The notes under the pieces: generated by a model
The model's input: the letters and a program-made list of their open reading frames with translations, nothing else
Told to the model about the DNA's origin: nothing
Databases searched by the model: none
Shown: piece by piece, positions 59,501 to 64,000 of the stretch
How positions within the stretch are numbered: the stretch's first letter is position 1
How the letters are laid out: every line of letters begins with the position of its first letter
Made by a program: the position numbers and the translations under genes
NCBI GenBank assembly: GCA_002633005.1
Contig: NMRA01000422.1
Coordinates: 62,001 to 126,000 of the forward strand
Direction of reading: 5' to 3'
Length of the DNA: 64,000 nucleotides
DNA from: Phoronis australis
Lineage: Eukaryota > Animalia > Phoronida

Positions 59501-60326
59501 AACTATGGAACAGTAATGACTAAATGTTGAAAAATGGACTAAAACAGAGCATATAAGAAACAGATGAAAGTTAATACAACTTCATGCATAAATCATTTAC
59601 CTTTTGTACAAGAACATGATTCTTAGTAACTTTATTCATAAAATCAGGCAAGATATCATCTTTGCTATCATGAACAGGCAGCGCAGAAGTCTTCTCGAAC
59701 CAGTCTATCTCGAAGTTACCCACAATGCACTTCTGTGTGGATGGGGAGCACTTGGAGTCATGTGGACAACAATGTAGTTTATCAGAACAGCATTTTGCCT
59801 GGAGACAAAGGGAGATTTTACATTCACTCGTTGTATGGTATCAGTTTTTGGCAATTGCACAAGGAAGCCATAAATTTTGATGATTGGATTACTTCTAGGT
59901 TTGAACAACATATAAAATGTAGCACATCCTGGTATCAAGCACAACAGGATTGTCAGTGCTTACCTACCCAAGAAATCCACATCCGAGTAAAAATTGAAAA
60001 AGTTATATCCAATTCTGCAACAGCAAGTGGTCTAAATCAAAAGTATAACTTTCTTTGACAGACAAAAGTAGTTTATAGACATATTTGAGGAGTATTTTCT
60101 CAATTTAAAACAGCACAAAATACCCGTTCCTAGGAAATCTACTTACATTTGGGAGTGGACAACAGCCCCACAGTCCACTGATCATCATACAGCATGTCTG
60201 ACCAGACGGACACTGCGACTGACCATCTGGGCAAGTGACAGGGTCTTTAACAATAGGACTGAATCGTAGTGGGTCGGCCGTGACCATGACAACCAAAACT
60301 AGGCAGCTGAGCAACCGAAGCGCCAT
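32405..60326 (-). CDS. GRN: Progranulin (granulin precursor): signal peptide plus 15 granulin domains, 20 coding exons, ~1230 aa
   Basis: Exons (minus strand): 60326-60147, 59798-59601, 58706-58614, 57570-57415, 55892-55746, 55115-54954, 54364-54140, 51828-51601, 50326-50087, 49309-49070, 47901-47662, 45504-45280, 44771-44538, 42413-42186, 40425-40312, 39876-39706, 38878-38660, 35002-34894, 33787-33657, 32557-32405. Repeated C-C-CC-CC-CC-HCC-C-C granulin pattern, hydrophobic N-terminus MALRLLSCLVLVVMVTA, C-terminal RWD motif as in vertebrate PGRN. Confidence 0.93.
33657..33787 (-). CDS. GRN: Progranulin exon: linker and N-half of granulin 15
   Basis: ...KCSDSDHVCPKNNVCCSGVGGKPACCPLQG|gtaagt. 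Confidence 0.88.
34390..34727 (+). mobile_element. Probable LINE 3'-end fragment flanked by a 57-bp direct repeat
   Basis: Direct repeats 34333-34389 and 34728-34784; internal stem-loop aacccaga...tctgggtt and AATAAA near the 3' end. Confidence 0.5.
34894..35002 (-). CDS. GRN: Progranulin exon: C-half of granulin 14
   Basis: [24 protein letters not shown]...LAK, phase-1 donor gtaagt. Confidence 0.88.
35732..37078 (-). mobile_element. HINE / DINE-1-like non-autonomous Helentron, copy 1
   Basis: aacaagag end with palindrome caacgcagagcgttg and subTIR atgcgcccaca; internal tandem units (gccactagg core); (GGAC)n; terminal hairpin atgcgtccacata-taaa-tatgtgggcgcat plus A-run. Confidence 0.85.
37280..38590 (-). 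mobile_element. HINE copy 2
   Basis: Same termini (aacaagagcaacgcggagcattgaaatgcgccca ... atgcatccacatgtgggtgcat) and internal units. Confidence 0.85.
38660..38878 (-). CDS. GRN: Progranulin exon: C-half of granulin 13, N-half of 14
   Basis: ORF 38648-38884; donor gtatgg. Confidence 0.92.
39448..39505. repeat. Imperfect (AC)n microsatellite
   Basis: Direct reading. Confidence 0.8.
39706..39876 (-). CDS. GRN: Progranulin exon: linker and N-half of granulin 13
   Basis: ...LCPNNKSMCSAGMTCCMMKTGQWGCCHGEK; donor ambiguous (39706 gtgttt or 39676 gtaact). Confidence 0.85.
40312..40425 (-). CDS. GRN: Progranulin exon: C-half of granulin 12
   Basis: [24 protein letters not shown]...KTR|gtgtgt. Confidence 0.85.
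41112..41715. repeat. 16-bp tandem array (cacaggataataaaca), about 8 copies, split by a MITE
   Basis: 3 units at 41112-41158 and about 5 units at 41639-41715. Confidence 0.9.
41159..41638. mobile_element. hAT-like MITE, 480 bp
   Basis: TIR CAGGGCTTGGAA, apparent 6-bp TSD ATAAAC, clustered subterminal GCGGAAA motifs. Confidence 0.85.
42186..42413 (-). CDS. GRN: Progranulin exon: C-half of granulin 11, N-half of 12
   Basis: AICCNDGVHCC...WGCCPILK|gtacgc. Confidence 0.9.
42584..42680. repeat. 30-bp tandem repeat, about 3 copies
   Basis: gtatggtgcRgggtgggcRcacttatWagg. Confidence 0.75.
42968..44308 (-). mobile_element. HINE copy 3
   Basis: Same termini and units; microsatellite expanded into a ggacgccggac array at about 44178-44257. 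Confidence 0.85.
44538..44771 (-). CDS. GRN: Progranulin exon: C-half of granulin 10, N-half of 11
   Basis: ORF 44472-44798; donor gtaagg. Confidence 0.92.
45280..45504 (-). CDS. GRN: Progranulin exon: C-half of granulin 9, N-half of 10
   Basis: [11 protein letters not shown]...CPGGRYRCPSGNTCCKTHGGQYLCCPLPK|gtaagt. Confidence 0.9.
46549..47213 (+). mobile_element. 5'-truncated RNase H-encoding LINE fragment (I-group-like), degenerate
   Basis: ISWVRAHVGIDGNENADRLAKIG (RNase H C-terminus), downstream HLVESCPA..R, 16-bp TSD aattggattttcaaaa (46533-46548, 47214-47229). Confidence 0.85.
47662..47901 (-). CDS. GRN: Progranulin exon: C-half of granulin 8, N-half of 9 (duplicated unit)
   Basis: [11 protein letters not shown]...YGCCPVPN|gtgagc. 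Confidence 0.9.
48112..48923. mobile_element. Foldback element with long imperfect inverted arms
   Basis: Ends GGGGATAaAGtAGTTACCTATCGG / CCGATAGGTAACTgCTcTATCCCC flanked by TA; arms stay complementary for about 300 bp. Confidence 0.8.
49070..49309 (-). CDS. GRN: Progranulin exon: C-half of granulin 7, N-half of 8 (duplicated unit)
   Basis: [11 protein letters not shown]...YGCCPVPN|gtaagt. Confidence 0.9.
50087..50326 (-). CDS. GRN: Progranulin exon: C-half of granulin 6, N-half of 7 (duplicated unit)
   Basis: [11 protein letters not shown]...GQCGCCPVPN|gtgagc. Confidence 0.9.
51601..51828 (-). CDS. GRN: Progranulin exon: C-half of granulin 5, N-half of 6
   Basis: ATCCSDGLHCC...YGCCPVPN|gtgagc. 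Confidence 0.92.
52672..52925. repeat. 85-bp tandem repeat, 3 copies
   Basis: Units start at 52672, 52757, 52842 (acactgaccaagactaatctag...). Confidence 0.92.
52996..53400. mobile_element. Nearly fully palindromic foldback MITE, ~405 bp
   Basis: Arms of about 165 bp are reverse complements; the centre repeats the palindrome cagaaatttctg. Confidence 0.88.
54140..54364 (-). CDS. GRN: Progranulin exon: C-half of granulin 4, N-half of 5
   Basis: AECCDDHLHCC...WGCCPLQN|gtaagt. Confidence 0.92.
54954..55115 (-). CDS. GRN: Progranulin exon: linker and N-half of granulin 4
   Basis: ORF 54882-55115; ...CSATKYCLNGQTCCKTSDGDWGCCPLAN|gtgagt. Confidence 0.9.
55746..55892 (-). CDS. GRN: Progranulin exon: remainder of granulin 3
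   Basis: VQCNSMQTCCASENGYQCCPLPKAVCCKDKEHCCPHGYICDDQPGICRQ. Confidence 0.9.
57415..57570 (-). CDS. GRN: Progranulin exon: C-half of granulin 2 and start of granulin 3
   Basis: AVCCDDYVHCCPEAYTCAKGGLC...ECPGGK|gtaatg. Confidence 0.9.
57603..57692. repeat. (GA)/(GGGAGA) purine-rich microsatellite
   Basis: Direct reading. Confidence 0.8.
58614..58706 (-). CDS. GRN: Progranulin exon: N-half of granulin 2
   Basis: [31 protein letters not shown]|gtaatt. Confidence 0.9.
59601..59798 (-). CDS. GRN: Progranulin exon: C-half of granulin 1 and linker
   Basis: AKCCSDKLHCCPHDSKCSPSTQKC...VQK|gtaaat. Confidence 0.9.
60147..60326 (-). CDS. GRN: Progranulin first coding exon: signal peptide and N-half of granulin 1
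   Basis: cag|ATG, MALRLL...CPDGQSQCPSGQTCC...WGCCPLPN|gtaagt. Confidence 0.92.
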
Positions 60327-61685
60327 CTGTGAAATATAGATGATGCAGTTAAGCACAATAACGGTATCATAGTGATGTTCTTCAGTCTGTAAGCAAGAAA
60401 GCAGCGATCCCTAAACATAAGGTAAAATCTCACCAATTTGGGACAAAAATAACTACCAAAGTTGTTTTTTTTTTACTTTTCAAAGGCTTCTAATATAGCA
60501 GTGAATGCCCACTATAACCTGGTGGTACCTATGATACAGATCTTTAATATGTTATACCATTTATTTTGTGCTGCTTACCTTTTAAATGAAAAAATGAAAT
60601 TTCACTCGTCAGCCATACTGTGTCCTAACTTGATGAGATTTTTAAGTTTTCAATTGGAGGAGACTACGCCAATTACAAGTCATTCTAACCCAAACAAATA
60701 CTCAAGCAATGAGATTTCATTTCGACACAATCTTTCAATCATCAAAGGAATTGTCAAAGAAGTATAAACACATTTTGTCCAAGAGACAAACTTTTGATTT
60801 AGATCTCCCTTACCGCTGTGAAATTGGTCTCAATTTATTTGAATTCTTTCATCTGATGAGAGATGTTTGCAAGGAACTGATAGCTTGTTATTCCTTAAGA
60901 CCATACTCAGGGCAAAAATTCCGGTTGGACAAACTGTCACTTGCACTTTCAAAGTCCGAAAATCACCTGTGGCTGTTGTGACCTTAGCCTTGGCGCAAAG
61001 CTGTATATATACAGCTTTGCACCTATGTGGGTAAATTGGTAAGATAAAAATCTGACACAAAATTAGTGTCTTTAAAAACTACAGTCTTCCTTGAGAAAAC
61101 TGAATTATTTAACGGTGTTGGAAAAATGGCGTTCTACCGTTATTCTGCTTCTAAAGTTGTGGAGCGATCTTTAGCGACGGCTTTTGGCGCCATGAAATAT
61201 TGCATCACCTATTGGCCAGTTTCTTTTTTTGCCGATTCTTCAATCAACTGCACTTCTTCCACAAGGTTGCGTAGATGTCACAACAAATTATCATTACTGG
61301 TTTCATTTAGTTACAAGTGTCTAGAATTTTGATACCAAAAAACGAATTTTGGAAGAAATTTTGCTGCTGAAAAGCTACATATCTCCCGAAAGATGTCGGA
61401 AAAACTTCAATGGCGCGTGCGCGTGTCACAAGCGTACTCAGTTTTCGGAGGATTAAGCAAGAAAATAAAGTTTATTAGATTGTTTTCCACTAAAAAGGCT
61501 GTAACGGGCAAAGTGAGTGTCCTTTGATTCCCAGATTTTGCATGCACCACGTCCGGCCTTTAGCTTTATACATGTTGATACAAGTTTCATGACGAGGTGA
61601 CGAGCAGAACTACTCTGGATTTGTGCAATTTAGGGGTCTATGGAAGAAAAACACACAGTGGTACCTAGCTGTATTTTGACGACAG

Positions 61686-62231
61686 TGTAGTAATAGCCGA
61701 GATTACCCGACCCGGGGATCGAACCCGCGACCCCCATAAAACCGGCAAGCGTGCTAACCATTCAGCTAATAGGCAATTGCCCGTTAGCAAGTAGCTAACA
61801 GAGGCTCATATAATTCACCGGAAGCACATCTACAACATTCCCCCCTTTCCTACGGAACGGGCACGCGACAGGAAGGTGAACACCAGGATGTCTCGCATAC
61901 AGGTCATCAACGTCCCTTGGTACCTTTACCACCACAACACAGGTGAACACAAGGTCGTCTCTCATACAGGTCCTTGACTCCTGGAACCTTCCACGCGCGC
62001 TGTCCCGAGGTCCGTGGGTACTAGTTGGCAGTGCTTCATCGGTAGATCATCCGTTTGCCAACTACGCCATTTGTAGATTTGTAGTAATAGCCGAGATTAC
62101 CCGACCCGGGGATCGAACCCGCGACCCCCATAAAACCGGCAAGCGTGCTAACCATTCAGCTAATAGGCAATTGCCCGTTAGCGAGTAGCTAACAGAGGCT
62201 CATATAATTCACTGGAAGCACATCTACAACA
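61686..62231 (-). mobile_element. TRIM (non-autonomous LTR retrotransposon) with tRNA-like Pol III boxes in the LTRs, Helenus-like
   Basis: 152-bp LTRs 61686-61837 and 62080-62231 (TG...CA, 2 mismatches); 4-bp TSD ACAG; PBS TGGCGTAGTTGGCA (62069-62056); PPT AAAGGGGGAA adjacent to the 3' LTR; A box TAGCTGAATGG and B box GGTTCGATCCC in each LTR. Confidence 0.92.
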
Positions 62232-62359
62232 ACAGTCTTCATTACAGCTGGCTGGCTGGCTACGCCATGAAGACCGGCGGTGGTCACTGAGTCTGACACT
62301 CAGTGACACTGCCAGTGACACTGTCTAAGCTGCCAGTGGCTGGCTAACGCGTGAGTTAC

Positions 62360-62500
62360 CTTCAGACTTCTTTAGCCTCTTCTTTTAGCAGAATGCAGGG
62401 ACAGAGGTTCAGCGTCAAAGGCACTAAATCAATTGTACGCAGCTCCCAACCCGACACGTTGACTTTCGTGATAACTTCAGCACACTGAACTCCGGCTGTT
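62360..62500 (-). other. GRN: Probable non-coding first exon (5' UTR) of progranulin
   Basis: The ATG exon begins right after an acceptor, so an upstream exon is required; donor GAAG|gtaact at 62360 lies just downstream of promoter-like motifs; 5' end is approximate. Confidence 0.5.
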
Positions 62501-62504
62501 CCGC

Positions 62505-62570
62505 ACGGCGGAAGTGAAACCAAAATTTAGGAACTCTCCTTCCTGATCACATGACAAGTCATGTGATTTA
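62505..62570 (-). promoter_or_regulatory. Putative progranulin promoter: ETS-type site CGGAAGTG (62509-62516) and inverted pair of M-box/CLEAR-like E-boxes (62546-62567)
   Basis: atcacatgac-aa-gtcatgtgat read directly; position upstream of the candidate first exon. Confidence 0.55.
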
Positions 62571-63229
62571 CTGAACACCACAAAACTGACTTTGTGAGCC
62601 ATATCAGTTATGTTCTTGAGCTAGACTAAAGGTTACAATTGCGGAATCAAAGTAACAAAACATGACAAGACTTTTTTAACCACTTTAGTACATCCACACA
62701 ATATTTATGCCAAATGAAAAGTTTCGCTGACATGACCTATTTTCAACCATCGAACTGACAGTCAGATAGATGACCCACTTTCAACAACATGGTGGCCGAG
62801 TGATGTTCTAATCTGTGAGCACTCAGCTAGCTCTGATTTGTAAAATTCTTCAGTGTGCTTTGTGCTTTACTAAAACATGCTATAGTCGCTGCTAACATGT
62901 GTGCCTATCTGTATACGAGATAGTGTGGAACTTGGTTTTCTGTGTATGCTCACTCAAAATTATACCGTCGGAGACGGGAGTTTCACTCACTGACTCATAC
63001 TTAACATTACTTAGACATACTCAGACAGTGACCACAGTGACATTGACAAGTACTAGTAGACAGCTGAGCACCTGATCAACACAAGTGAAGTTTGGTGTAG
63101 GTACCTCCGAGGTAGGGTCTGGCTACCGCGGACAGATTTGGACTTCAGTCAGTGGCAGGTAGTGGTGACCGCGTCTCCTTATTGAATTCTGCCGCAGTGT
63201 GCCAGGCAATGCAATGAGCCCTGATACGC

Positions 63230-63356
63230 TGTAAAATGTAACAATTTCGTAAAATGTAACAACTGTTACATTTTACTTCATTGTTACATTTTACGTAGTT
63301 GTTACATTTCACATTGAACGCACATGCGAGAAATGTACCATTGTTACATTTTACGA
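63230..63356. repeat. Cluster of direct and inverted TGTTACATTTTAC motifs
   Basis: About 7 copies in both orientations. Confidence 0.65.
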
Positions 63357-64000
63357 AACCCACGTCATATTGCAAAGAAAATGACCAAAATCACGAACAA
63401 GTGGTATCTGACACGGCCGGGAGGTACTGGAGTATTTTTAGACGAGGAGTGGCGCCCGAAAAATTTGAATACCTACTCATTTAGAGAGTGGGCTCGTACA
63501 AAAAGTGACCCATTGAGTAATTTGAGTAAAACCTCACATTTTCGCACACTTCAGTTCCTAAAATTCAGGAAAGTGTCTTTTAGATGTAGTTTTGTTGAAA
63601 ATGTCAGCATTTTGGAGAGTATTTTTTCTGTGAAAAAACACTTCTTTGGCGTCACTTTTCGCATACATGTTATATAGGAATGTCCTCCGGGCGGGCTGTC
63701 ACGACATGAGTTTGGATACATATTATCATTTTTATTAGTATTACATTACTATAACTACTGTCACTACTATTACTCGTTATCGTTTTCGTTATCCTTCTTC
63801 TTATTATTACTATTTTTAATTTTTTTTATCGAGAGCACAATACATGTTTAGCAAAGTGCTAATACATCGTAGACCTCAAAGATTTTAAAATCATCTCATT
63901 TATTGTTCAATGTTGTCATCGGGCTTTCCATAGTGGACAGCGAGTGCTGTTCCAAAAGGATTTTAAAGGGGCTCCTAAGATCAGCTTTAACGAAATTGTG

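Noticed and set aside
61700-61780. tRNA gene (and its copy at about 62095-62175)
   Set aside because: A and B boxes are present but the anticodon and acceptor stems are defective, and the sequence is part of paired LTRs

Overview
AT-rich, intron-containing animal genomic DNA. The repeat content suggests a marine invertebrate, probably a mollusc or other lophotrochozoan (inference). No prokaryotic features. Two convergent multi-exon genes were assembled by hand from GT-AG junctions with consistent reading phase. (1) + strand 13933-28138, 14 coding exons, ~1130 aa: an NF-kB-inducing kinase (MAP3K14/NIK)-like protein. It starts MAVME like human NIK (IAP-binding motif), carries an unexpected TAZ-like Cys/His cluster, is an RD kinase, and has a uORF-rich leader. 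(2) - strand 60326-32405, 20 coding exons, ~1230 aa: a progranulin with 15 complete granulin domains, four of them from recent tandem duplication, and a paired CLEAR/M-box-like palindrome at its putative promoter. Introns and flanks are dense in mobile DNA: a young TRIM with tRNA-like Pol III boxes in its LTRs (Helenus-like), Helentron-derived HINEs, a THAP-bearing Kolobok-like element nested in an L1/Tx1-like LINE, Harbinger/hAT/Tigger-like MITEs, two foldback elements, an RNase H LINE fragment and several minisatellites. Assembly gaps at 2812-3643 and 36275-36482. All gene models are manual and untested.
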